Shown: one piece after another, positions 32,860 through 41,628 of the stretch
How the letters are laid out: each line of letters starts with the position of its first letter
How positions within the stretch are numbered: position 1 is the first letter of the stretch
Assembly: GCA_964392925.1 (NCBI GenBank)
Contig: CAYMRP010000004.1
Coordinates: 71,184 to 135,183, forward strand
Source of the DNA: an uncultured Gammaproteobacteria bacterium
GTDB taxonomy: Bacteria > Patescibacteriota > Microgenomatia > Daviesbacterales > UBA10151
Direction of reading: 5' to 3'
DNA length: 64,000 bases
The notes under the pieces: model-generated
Database searches by the model: none
What the model saw: only the letters and a program-made list of their open reading frames with translations
What the model was told of the DNA's origin: nothing
Made by a program: the position numbers and the translations under genes

Positions 32860-35379
32860 ATGAAAAAACAAAATCAAAACAAAGCAGTCGCTCTACAAAT
32901 TCAAATCCCAGCAGATAACGCCAAAAAAGCCGAAATCAAAGATGTAAACAGAGCCTTTGATGAAGGAATACTTCCAAAAATCCGGACCAAAACTGAATTA
33001 GATGGTATCCGTCAAAAAGTCTTTATGGATCGCTACTCGCTTAAAGACGTTAACGGTGAACCAACCGAATTTATTCCAGAAGAAATGTGGCAAAGAGTCG
33101 CCGCTGGAATTGCTCAAATGGAAAAAACCCATCCTTTAAGAAAACATTGGGCAAAAGAGTTTTATTCTGCCATGGAAGGATTTAAATTCGTTCCAGCCGG
33201 CCGTATTCTCTCCGGTGCCGGCACGGGCTACGAAGTCACGTTCTTCAATTGCTATGTTATCCCTTCTCCCAAAGATTCAAGACAGGGCATCATGGAAAAC
33301 ATCACTCACACCGTAGAGATTCAGGCAAGAGGTGGAGGAGTTGGAATCAATCTTTCATCTTTAAGACCTCACGGTGCTCGTGTTAAAAAAGTTAACGGCA
33401 CATCCTCAGGACCAGTCTCTTGGGCAAAATTATATTCAGCCGCCAATCACGACGTTATTCAGCAGGGTGGTTCAAGACGCGGCGCTCTAATGCTCATGCT
33501 TCACGACTGGCATCCAGATGTTATTGAATTCATTCACGCCAAAGAAGATGGGGTTTCAATTCCCGGAGCTAATCTCTCAGTCTGTGTTTCTGATAAATTT
33601 ATGGAAGCCGTTCAAAAAGATGAAGAATGGGTAACTGTTTTTCCCGATGTTTCTGACCCTGAATATGATGAAAAATGGGATGGTGTTTTAGAAAATTGGA
33701 CAGAAATGGGTAAGCCAGTTATTGAATACACCAGAATGCCAGCTCGGGAAATTTGGGATCAAATCTGCACTTCAGCCTGGAAGTCCGCTGAGCCAGGTCT
33801 TCACTTCCTTGAGCGAAGCAATAAATGGGGAAATACTTGGTATTTTGAAAAATTACTCTCCACCAATCCTTGCGGTGAACAGCCTTTAGGTGAATGGGCA
33901 GTTTGTAACTTAGGCGCTATGAATCTCTCGGCTTTTGTTAATGATGAAGGGGTGTTCGATTATGACGATCTCGATGCTAAAGTCAGAGTCGCTATGAGAT
34001 TTATGGATAACGTTGTTGATGCCAACTATTATTTCTGGGAAGAGAACGAGAAAAAAGCTAAAGATATTAGAAGAACCGGCATCGGCACAATGGGCTTAGG
34101 TGATGCCTTAATCAAGATGAAACTTGCCTACGGTTCCGAAGATGCTCAACCAGTCATCGAAAAAATATATAAAACAATTAGAGATGCCTCTTATGACACA
34201 TCTTCTGACTTAGCCGCTGAAAAAGGCTCCTTCCCGATGTTTGACTCGGAAAAATATTTACAGGGCCATTTTATTAAACAGCTGCCTCAGCCAATCAGAA
34301 GCAAAATCCAAAATCAGGGCATTAGAAACGCTGTTATTTTAACTCAGGCTCCAACCGGAACTACCTCACTTCTAGCCGGTGTTTCCTCAGGAATCGAACC
34401 AGTTTTTGATTTCAAATTCACCAGAAAAGATCGAATAGGCGAGCACGTTATTTATCATCCGCTATACGAAGCCTGGATGAAGCAAAATCCTGGAGCTGAT
34501 CGCCCTCACTATTTCGTCGGCGCAAATGACATGAGTCCTATGGATCACGTTAAAGTCCAGGCTTTAATCCAGGGATACACTGATTCCTCGATTTCCAAAA
34601 CAGCCAACGCTCCTTTTGAATTCACAGTCGACCAGGTTAAAGAGCTTTATATGGAAGCATATAAATTAGGCTGCAAAGGGGTAACTTTCTTCAGAGACGG
34701 CTCAAGAACTGCCGTCTTAACTCATGGTGATGATAAAAAAACTGAGGTAGCCAAAGTAGAAATGAATTCTGCGACCACACAAGATACTGTCGTTTCTCGC
34801 CCAATGATCTTAAGAGGACGCACCTATAAAATGCAGACTCCAGTTGGAGAAGGTTTTATTACTATCAATCGTGATGAGCAAGATAATCCTTTTGAAGTCT
34901 TCATTACTGTTGGTAAAGGCGGAATGCACACAATGGCTGATGCTGAAGCAATGGGCCGTTTAGTTTCTCTATCCTTAAGACTCGCCAGAAGTGCTTCAAA
35001 CGCTGATCCTAAAACAGTTGCCCAAAAAATCTCGGCCCAACTCCGGGGAATTGGCGGCGCTTCCCACGTTGGATTCGGCAAAGATCGTGTTATGTCCTTA
35101 GCTGACGCTATTGCTAAAGCTTTAGCTGAAGATTTAGCAATAACCGCTGAAAATCCATCAGAAAAAATTGAAACTGTCCCTCTTAATTTAACAATGGAAA
35201 CAGAAACCGCTTCCCCAGTCGAAAATACTGGTGCAGATGATGTTATCACTTCTCAAATGCCGTTAATAACGGAATCTACTCAAAAAACCGCCGATCTTTG
35301 TCCGGAATGCGGACAGGCGAGTTTTGTATTCGAAGAGGGGTGCAAAAAATGCTACTCCTGCGGATACTCAATGTGTTAG
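32860..35379 (+). CDS. nrdJ: Class II (adenosylcobalamin-dependent) ribonucleotide reductase with a C-terminal Cys4 zinc finger
   Basis: Contains NPCGEQPL (catalytic Cys), TGTTS, SKT.N and the tail CPECG...CKKCYSCG. It is 839 aa and monomeric-type. Confidence 0.9.
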   Translation: MKKQNQNKAVALQIQIPADNAKKAEIKDVNRAFDEGILPKIRTKTELDGIRQKVFMDRYSLKDVNGEPTEFIPEEMWQRVAAGIAQMEKTHPLRKHWAKEFYSAMEGFKFVPAGRILSGAGTGYEVTFFNCYVIPSPKDSRQGIMENITHTVEIQARGGGVGINLSSLRPHGARVKKVNGTSSGPVSWAKLYSAANHDVIQQGGSRRGALMLMLHDWHPDVIEFIHAKEDGVSIPGANLSVCVSDKFMEAVQKDEEWVTVFPDVSDPEYDEKWDGVLENWTEMGKPVIEYTRMPAREIWDQICTSAWKSAEPGLHFLERSNKWGNTWYFEKLLSTNPCGEQPLGEWAVCNLGAMNLSAFVNDEGVFDYDDLDAKVRVAMRFMDNVVDANYYFWEENEKKAKDIRRTGIGTMGLGDALIKMKLAYGSEDAQPVIEKIYKTIRDASYDTSSDLAAEKGSFPMFDSEKYLQGHFIKQLPQPIRSKIQNQGIRNAVILTQAPTGTTSLLAGVSSGIEPVFDFKFTRKDRIGEHVIYHPLYEAWMKQNPGADRPHYFVGANDMSPMDHVKVQALIQGYTDSSISKTANAPFEFTVDQVKELYMEAYKLGCKGVTFFRDGSRTAVLTHGDDKKTEVAKVEMNSATTQDTVVSRPMILRGRTYKMQTPVGEGFITINRDEQDNPFEVFITVGKGGMHTMADAEAMGRLVSLSLRLARSASNADPKTVAQKISAQLRGIGGASHVGFGKDRVMSLADAIAKALAEDLAITAENPSEKIETVPLNLTMETETASPVENTGADDVITSQMPLITESTQKTADLCPECGQASFVFEEGCKKCYSCGYSMC

Positions 35380-35389
35380 TATCGAAAAA

Positions 35390-35534
35390 ATAAAGAAACT
35401 CCGAAGTTTGTGAAACTCAAACACTGTGCCGCAACCGTAATAGCCGGGTCGAAGGTTTCTTTGAAAGTGAATAAGTCTCACGAGCAATGAGGGTGATATT
35501 GAAAGTTACCTTCTCCAAAAGAGAAGGTTTTTTT
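35390..35534 (+). promoter_or_regulatory. Cobalamin riboswitch-like element with an intrinsic terminator
   Basis: GUGAAACUCAAACACUGUGCCGCAACCGUAA (35409-35440) parallels the conserved core GGUGnnAAUCCnnnnCnGnnCCCGCnACnGUAA (compare E. coli btuB GUGCGAAUCUGGAGCUGACGCGCAGCGGUAA). A closing helix AAAGAAAC (35392-35399) pairs with GUUUCUUU (35455-35462). A terminator follows at 35508-35534. The B12-box region is degenerate. Confidence 0.55.
35508..35534 (+). terminator. Intrinsic terminator (8-bp stem ACCTTCTC/GAGAAGGT, loop CAAAA, T-run)
   Basis: Read directly from the sequence. It lies inside the N-terminal extension of the track ORF that starts at 35487. Confidence 0.8.
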
Positions 35535-35600
35535 ATTTTCAAGCGAAAGCGAGAAAACAAAGTTTCTTTAACCCCAATTCTCCAAAGACTCCAAAATAAT

Positions 35601-36776
35601 ATGATTCAAGATTTAGAACAATATAGAAATAGGCGTGAAGTAACGAAGGCACCAATAATTAGCGGTGCGAATGCTTTAAAGTTGCAACCGCTTGTTGAAA
35701 TGACACCTCAGCTTAGGGTTGTTACTGAGCTTCCTGCTCCGATTCAAATAGACTCGTTCTTGAAAAGAAAAGTAGAGCCTCTTGCTGAAATCCCTAAAAC
35801 TCCAGAAGTCTTGGCAAGGCAACAGATAATAAATAATACAGCTGAAGCAGAGCCAGAGCGATTTATAGAAAGAGAAATTGACCCAGATAAGCCCTGGAGC
35901 GCCTTTGGACAAGTCATGTTTATAAAAGAGCATATTATTGATGGAAAATCAGTAAAGAAAATCGCTGCGATAAGTATGGCTTATCCAGGTGGGGTAGGAA
36001 CTAGAATGGCAGGGGAAGTGTTGAGTGAAACCGTCGGAATTAACCAATCTGAATTTGTAAGCTGGAAAGGTCAATCTGAAGGGGGGATTATAGCCGCAAG
36101 CAAAGAAGTTCAAAATATTACTGATCAATTTGGACTTATGGACGACTTTATTCAAAACTCCGGTTCAGTAATTAAAAACCGTCATGCTCAAGGTGAGCAC
36201 GAGGTGGTCCAGCACTTCTTCGGCCTGCAAGACACAAGGAAAGAATTTCTAGATACTGTTAAAGAAGATGCAGCTGCAATTTTAGAAAACCCTAATTTCA
36301 CGAGTAGGTCAGCGTTTGATGAGCGTTACAAGGACAAAGGTATTTACTTAATTGAAGGTATAGTGGTCGATGGAGTATGGGAAGGTGGAGATCCTCAGGG
36401 AAAAAGAATGCGTCTTGTTGATATGGCCGCAGATGAAGCACATCTAAAATGGTTGCAATGGGCTGAAAAAACAGCAAGCGAGATGAAAGGTGACGGAGTA
36501 ATTGTTGATGCAGAAGATACTGAGACAGTAACAGACTGCGGTGGAAATAAAGGATGCTCTGAATTCTTTGAAAAAATGGAAGGCAGCACATCTGAACCAA
36601 CCATCGATCTGAGCCGCTACTCTGTATCCACTGGAATAGCAGGCTCTATTGCTGCATCCGCATATTCAAAATCTCAGATTTCTGGAGGCGGAGCTCCAGC
36701 TTATGATAGTGAAAATTGCTCATCCTGCGGCAAAGACCGCTATAAAGAAGATGGCTGCAAATGCTCTACTAATTAA
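35601..36776 (+). CDS. Hypothetical 391-aa soluble protein with a Cys-rich C-terminal module
   Basis: The start is moved to the ATG at 35601 (MIQDLEQYRN) because 35487-35600 covers the riboswitch and terminator. No family is recognised. The tail reads DCGGNKGC...CSSCGKDRYKEDGCKC. Confidence 0.6.
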   Translation: MIQDLEQYRNRREVTKAPIISGANALKLQPLVEMTPQLRVVTELPAPIQIDSFLKRKVEPLAEIPKTPEVLARQQIINNTAEAEPERFIEREIDPDKPWSAFGQVMFIKEHIIDGKSVKKIAAISMAYPGGVGTRMAGEVLSETVGINQSEFVSWKGQSEGGIIAASKEVQNITDQFGLMDDFIQNSGSVIKNRHAQGEHEVVQHFFGLQDTRKEFLDTVKEDAAAILENPNFTSRSAFDERYKDKGIYLIEGIVVDGVWEGGDPQGKRMRLVDMAADEAHLKWLQWAEKTASEMKGDGVIVDAEDTETVTDCGGNKGCSEFFEKMEGSTSEPTIDLSRYSVSTGIAGSIAASAYSKSQISGGGAPAYDSENCSSCGKDRYKEDGCKCSTN

Positions 36777-36778
36777 TA

Positions 36779-37333
36779 ATGAAACCCAGCAAAAAATTTA
36801 AAGAAACAAAGCACGGTTTAACAATTATCTACACCGGTGAAGGCAAAGGTAAAACTACTGCCGCCTTAGGTTTGGCTTTACGTGCCGCAGGCTACAAAAG
36901 AAAAGTCTTAATTATCCAATTTGGCAAAACCTGGTTTTCAGGTGAGCTGGAAGGCATCAAAATGTTAAAGCCTTACGTCAAAATTATTCAGGGCGGTTTA
37001 GGTTTCGTTAAAATCTTTGATGACCAATCCGATATAAAAGACCACAAAAAAATGGCTCAGCAAACTTATGACCTATTATATAAGGAAGTTGTATCCGGAA
37101 ATTATGATGTAGTTATAGCAGATGAAATAGTTGGAGCAATTGCTGGAAAAATGGTCACCCAAAAACAAGTTATTCAACTAATAAAAGACAAACCTAAAAC
37201 CCTCGACTTGGTTTTAACCGGCCACCACGGCAAGCCTTCACTATTCAAACACGCCGATTTAGTAACCGAAATGATGCCAATAAAACACCCCTTCGAAAAA
37301 GGCTTCCTAGCTAAACCAGGAGTAGACTACTAA
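36779..37333 (+). CDS. btuR: Cob(I)yrinic acid a,c-diamide / cob(I)alamin adenosyltransferase (CobA/CobO/BtuR type)
   Basis: Contains LTIIYTGEGKGKTTAALG (P-loop of the CobA family), DE..GA and TGHH. The size is ~184 aa. Confidence 0.8.
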   Translation: MKPSKKFKETKHGLTIIYTGEGKGKTTAALGLALRAAGYKRKVLIIQFGKTWFSGELEGIKMLKPYVKIIQGGLGFVKIFDDQSDIKDHKKMAQQTYDLLYKEVVSGNYDVVIADEIVGAIAGKMVTQKQVIQLIKDKPKTLDLVLTGHHGKPSLFKHADLVTEMMPIKHPFEKGFLAKPGVDY

Positions 37334-37376
37334 TTTTTAGTTTGCACAATAAATAACTATAAGATATAATATCATA

Positions 37377-37772
37377 ATGTTAAGAGATATTGGTGATATC
37401 GGAGCTGAGTTAAAAATTCAATACCTGCAAAGCGATAAAAAAAGTCGCCAATTTACGCGCATACGCTTAGGAACAAAGGGTATACTGGTTGCAAATAATA
37501 GTCACATTTGGACAAAGTCTTTTTCTTTAGAGCACGACAATTCTATAAGAGATCTAAATGAATGGGCCGACTTATTAAGTTGGGATCCACCTTCTAATTT
37601 TAACAGATCTTATAATTGGCTAAAAATCTCAAAGCCTAAAAAAGTGTACAGATTACGGTTAAGTGAGGGCTTGAAAAGTACAGTCTGTTCTACGGGTACA
37701 ATTGAATGGGCACCTGATGGGGTTCGTCATTTGATAACGCAACTTGAAGCATATGCAGAAAAGAAGAAGTAA
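37377..37772 (+). CDS. Hypothetical protein (131 aa)
   Basis: ORF only; no motif. Confidence 0.4.
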   Translation: MLRDIGDIGAELKIQYLQSDKKSRQFTRIRLGTKGILVANNSHIWTKSFSLEHDNSIRDLNEWADLLSWDPPSNFNRSYNWLKISKPKKVYRLRLSEGLKSTVCSTGTIEWAPDGVRHLITQLEAYAEKKK

Positions 37773-37797
37773 TTCCCTCTAACCTTCGTTTACCGGG

Positions 37798-37834
37798 TTG
37801 ACACTCTTTAGCACTCATGATATATTACTGCTAA
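37798..37834 (+). promoter_or_regulatory. lon promoter (TTGACA-17-TATATT) overlapped by a CIRCE-like inverted repeat
   Basis: TTGACA lies at 37798-37803 and TATATT at 37821-37826. TTAGCACTC-N9-TACTGCTAA lies at 37808-37834, against the CIRCE consensus TTAGCACTC-N9-GAGTGCTAA. The left arm matches 9 of 9 and the right arm 6 of 9. Confidence 0.55.
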
Positions 37835-37919
37835 ATCCAGTTGAAGTTATCTCTTGAACAGATGTGGTAAAATAAGCTCCACTGTCCAATAACCTCTAAC
37901 TTGGACTCCCAATTTTTTT

Positions 37920-40322
37920 ATGGATCCAATCTCTAACCCTATTAAACTAAGTAAAACTTTACCAGTAGGTCCTTTACGCGGCACTGTTATTTTCCCTGGC
38001 AACACAGTCCCAATCGTCTCCGCCCGTCCAAAATCACGCGCGGCCCTTGATGCTGCTTGGGCTACTAATCGTTTAGTAGTTTTCGTTGCCCAAAAGAATG
38101 AGCGCATCGATGATCCCAAAAAAGATGATTTATTCCAGGTAGGCACAGTTTGTTTAATCAAAAGAATTTTAAAAGTCGATAATGAATACCAACTTAGTGC
38201 CGAAGGCTTAACCCGTGTATTTATTAAAGGCTTCACCCAGACTGATAATTATTTAGAAGCTGAAATTGAAGAAATTCCTGAGCTATATGAGAGAAATGAA
38301 GAAACAGAAGCTTTAATTAGAACAGTTCGTGAGCAATTACGAAAATATCTGGAACTCAACGGAAATCCGTTATTTGATATGTCCTCACTTACAAACTGGC
38401 CGCTAATTTCCTCAAGCGATGATCCAAATCAGCTAGTTAATACAATTTGCCAAATGATCGAATTTAAAACAATCGATAAGCAGCAAATTTTAGAAATGGT
38501 TGCAGCCTCAGAAAGACTTCAAAGAGTCTCCGAATTACTCGCCAAAGAAATCAGAATTCTGGAAATTTCTCAAAAAATCTCTTCCCATACTCAGGAGAGA
38601 GTTTCCCGGATGACTAAAGAAGCTATTTTAAGAGAACAAATGCGCTCAATTGAAGAAGAGTTAGGTGAAGCTTCTGAAAATTCCGAAGTCCGCGAGTTTG
38701 AACTTAAGATCCGCAAAGCCAGCATGCCTAAAGAAGTTCGTGATAAAGCTAATAAAGAGCTTGGTCGTTTGGCAAAAATGTCCTCGTATAATCCTGAAGC
38801 TGCCTATATTAGAAATTACATTGAATGGTTAACTGATTTGCCTTGGAAAGGTGCACCCAAAACAAAAATCGATATGAAAAAAGCTGAAAAAGTTTTGGAT
38901 GCCGAGCATTACGGACTAAAAAAAGTTAAAGAGCGAATTATGGAATACCTAGCCGTTTATAAATTATCAGGCAAACTCCACGGCCCAATCTTATGTTTCG
39001 CTGGACCTCCGGGTACTGGAAAAACCTCAATCGGAAAATCAATCGCCAAAGCCTTAGGCCGAAAGTTTGTTAAAGTTTCTCTCGGTGGTATCAGAGACGA
39101 AGCTGAAATCAGAGGTCACAGAAGAACCTACGTTGGTTCTATGCCAGGACGCATGATCCAATCAGTCAAACAAGCTGGAACCTCAAATCCGGTCTTTATG
39201 TTAGACGAAATTGATAAAATCGGAGCCGATTACCGAGGTGATCCTTCAGCAGCCTTGCTTGAAGCGCTTGATCCTGAACAAAATCATTCCTTCTCAGATC
39301 ATTATTTAGAAGTGCCTTACGATTTGTCTAATGTTATGTTTATAACCACAGCAAACATGCTCGATACCATTCCTCCGGCACTGCGTGATCGTCTCGAAGT
39401 CATTACTTATCCAGGCTATACCAGAGATGAAAAATTTAATATCGCTAAGAACCATCTATTACCAAAAGTAATCGAGTCTCACGGACTAAAAAATTCTAAA
39501 ATCAAACTCGATTTTGATGAAAGCGCTATTTATCAGGTTATCGATGGCTACACTCGTGAAGCCGGAGTCAGAAGTTTAGAGCGGGAGCTCTCCGCAGTAA
39601 TTAGAAAAATCGCCAGAAAAATCGCTGAAGGCGAAATTAAATCTAGCTATCCGGTCACTGAAGAAGTTGTCAGAAAATTATTAGGTCCTGTTAAATTCTT
39701 GCCAGAGCTCGCTGAAATTGAAGATATGATCGGCGCTTCGACTGGCCTCGCTTGGAGTGAAGTTGGCGGATCAATTATGTTTATCGAGGTTACTTTAATG
39801 CCTGGTAAAGGTGCAATTCAATTAACAGGTCAATTAGGAGACGTTATGAAAGAATCAGCTCAAGCTGCAATGTCATATGTCCGTTCAAGTTGGGCAGCTC
39901 TAGGCTTAAATGAAAAATTCTTCCATAAAGTCGATGTTCACGTCCACGTTCCTGAAGGCGCAGTTCCTAAAGACGGTCCCTCTGCTGGAATCGCTTTAAC
40001 TACCGCTATTGTTTCAGCTTTTACTAAAATCCCTGTTAAAAAAGACATCGCCATGACCGGAGAAGTTACTTTAAGAGGTCGGGTTCTAGAAATCGGCGGC
40101 TTAAAAGAAAAAGTCCTCGCTGCCCACAGGGCTGGTGTTAAAGATATTATTATTCCTGAAAACAATAAAAAGGATTTGGAAGATATTCCAGAACATATTG
40201 TTGCTGATCTAAAATTCCACACAGTCAAGCATATGGACCAGGTACTGGAAATCGCTCTAATCAGAAATCCTTTTCCTAAAGCCAAGAAAATTCATTCAAC
40301 CCTTCCTCCAGCTTTTGCTTAA
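37920..40322 (+). CDS. lon: ATP-dependent Lon protease
   Basis: Has a Lon N-domain, Walker [10 protein letters not shown] and the protease Ser in PKDGPSAG. Confidence 0.93.
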   Translation: MDPISNPIKLSKTLPVGPLRGTVIFPGNTVPIVSARPKSRAALDAAWATNRLVVFVAQKNERIDDPKKDDLFQVGTVCLIKRILKVDNEYQLSAEGLTRVFIKGFTQTDNYLEAEIEEIPELYERNEETEALIRTVREQLRKYLELNGNPLFDMSSLTNWPLISSSDDPNQLVNTICQMIEFKTIDKQQILEMVAASERLQRVSELLAKEIRILEISQKISSHTQERVSRMTKEAILREQMRSIEEELGEASENSEVREFELKIRKASMPKEVRDKANKELGRLAKMSSYNPEAAYIRNYIEWLTDLPWKGAPKTKIDMKKAEKVLDAEHYGLKKVKERIMEYLAVYKLSGKLHGPILCFAGPPGTGKTSIGKSIAKALGRKFVKVSLGGIRDEAEIRGHRRTYVGSMPGRMIQSVKQAGTSNPVFMLDEIDKIGADYRGDPSAALLEALDPEQNHSFSDHYLEVPYDLSNVMFITTANMLDTIPPALRDRLEVITYPGYTRDEKFNIAKNHLLPKVIESHGLKNSKIKLDFDESAIYQVIDGYTREAGVRSLERELSAVIRKIARKIAEGEIKSSYPVTEEVVRKLLGPVKFLPELAEIEDMIGASTGLAWSEVGGSIMFIEVTLMPGKGAIQLTGQLGDVMKESAQAAMSYVRSSWAALGLNEKFFHKVDVHVHVPEGAVPKDGPSAGIALTTAIVSAFTKIPVKKDIAMTGEVTLRGRVLEIGGLKEKVLAAHRAGVKDIIIPENNKKDLEDIPEHIVADLKFHTVKHMDQVLEIALIRNPFPKAKKIHSTLPPAFA

Positions 40323-40362
40323 CCATCTAGACCTATAGATCTTTTTAGATTATAATTCGCAG

Positions 40363-40833
40363 ATGAGAATTGAATCAGTCCAAGCTCCTATAGAGAGGCT
40401 AAAGTTTCTGCGTAATTTTAAGACTGAATCTTTAAGTGTCTTAGCCGGTGTTGGGATAGGGATATATGCCGCTCTGTCAGGTTCTATAAATAATGACCCA
40501 GCCTTCAAAATATCTTACTCCTGCGAAGAAAATAAAATGACGAATAATCGTGCAGAGGGAAAACACATAGAAATTGAAGTGGTCAGTAATTATCGGACCC
40601 GCGACGATTCTCTTCTCATTTTCTGGACTCCTCAACGACTAAGTCGGTTTAATCCCGAGCGACCATTTAATGGCTCTGCCAAGGAATCATTTGAGATGCC
40701 TAACGGCGTGAGTGTGCCTAAAGGTACGGTTGCCAGATTGAGAATCGTCCACTCTGACAGTCCCGATTTGAAACACTCTCTAAGCAGTGGCCGAGAGGTA
40801 GCTGCCCAAGCAGTACCAATAACTTGTGAATAG
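40363..40833 (+). CDS. Hypothetical anchored protein (156 aa)
   Basis: One TM span; no motif. Confidence 0.4.
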   Translation: MRIESVQAPIERLKFLRNFKTESLSVLAGVGIGIYAALSGSINNDPAFKISYSCEENKMTNNRAEGKHIEIEVVSNYRTRDDSLLIFWTPQRLSRFNPERPFNGSAKESFEMPNGVSVPKGTVARLRIVHSDSPDLKHSLSSGREVAAQAVPITCE

Positions 40834-40926
40834 CTTCTTATATTTGACTATAAGTCCTAAAATTTAGTATAATTCCTCAATCAAAATTAATCTCTAGGTA
40901 ACCCCAAAGATTATTGATATACTAAA

Positions 40927-41433
40927 ATGACAGTGCATAATATTGGTGTCGGTAAAAAGTTTCCAAACGAAATATATGTAGTACTAGAGATCCCAAAAGG
41001 ATCTAGAAACAAATACGAATTCAACGAGGAATTCGGACTAATCGAACTAGACCGTGTTAACTACACAGCCATGGCTCATCCATACGACTATGGGTTTATA
41101 CCTGGAACCAGAAGCGAAGATGGCGATCATCTCGATGCTTTTGTTTTACTTGATCATTCCGCATTCCCTGGAGCACTCGTCTCCGCTCGTCCGGTAGGAG
41201 TTTTATTCATGGTTGATGACGGCGAAAAAGACGAAAAAATTATTGCAGTCCCTTCTAAAGATCCTAGATTTAATCATATTAAAGATCTTTCAGATCTATC
41301 TCCTCACATCAAAAAAGAAATCGAGCATTTCTTCCAGCATTACAAAGATCTTCAAAAAGTTACAGTTGAACTAAAAGGCTGGGGCGGAGCAGAAAAAGCT
41401 AAGGAAGTAATAGAGAAAAGTAGAGAAGAATAG
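40927..41433 (+). CDS. ppa: Soluble family I inorganic pyrophosphatase
   Basis: Contains EIPKGSRNKYE, YGFIPGT and DGDHLDAFVL. Confidence 0.9.
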   Translation: MTVHNIGVGKKFPNEIYVVLEIPKGSRNKYEFNEEFGLIELDRVNYTAMAHPYDYGFIPGTRSEDGDHLDAFVLLDHSAFPGALVSARPVGVLFMVDDGEKDEKIIAVPSKDPRFNHIKDLSDLSPHIKKEIEHFFQHYKDLQKVTVELKGWGGAEKAKEVIEKSREE

Positions 41434-41550
41434 AATTTCTAATATCTAAGTGCTCTAATTGACATAAGAAAATCCCAATATCCAAGTCCCAAATTTAAGT
41501 CATTCTAACCTTGGTGCTTGTTTAGATAAATTAGAAATTAGGTTAATTAG
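41434..41550. repeat. Copy B of the dispersed palindromic intergenic element
   Basis: It starts right after the TAG at 41431-41433. See copy A at 4424-4528 for the shared blocks. Confidence 0.75.
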
Positions 41551-41628
41551 GTCAATTAATTCCACATTCCCTCTTGACCTGTAACCTGTAGTTGTTGTAA
41601 TAATATCCCCACTGCCGCCAAGGTCTAT

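Noticed and set aside
35487-35600. N-terminal 38 codons of the track ORF 35487-36776
   Set aside because: This stretch overlaps the riboswitch-like element and an 8-bp stem plus T-run terminator (35508-35534). Its translation (MRVILKVTFSKREGFFIFKRKREN) looks like translated RNA structure. The ATG at 35601 was chosen instead.
37847-38236. 129-aa minus-strand ORF overlapping the lon start
   Set aside because: It is antisense to the well-supported Lon N-domain and overlaps the lon promoter region. It has no motif.
41574-41606. hppA promoter (TTGACC at 41574-41579 with TAATAA/TAATAT candidates 17-21 nt downstream)
   Set aside because: Several alternative -10 hexamers with different spacings are possible in AT-rich sequence, so a specific promoter feature cannot be supported.
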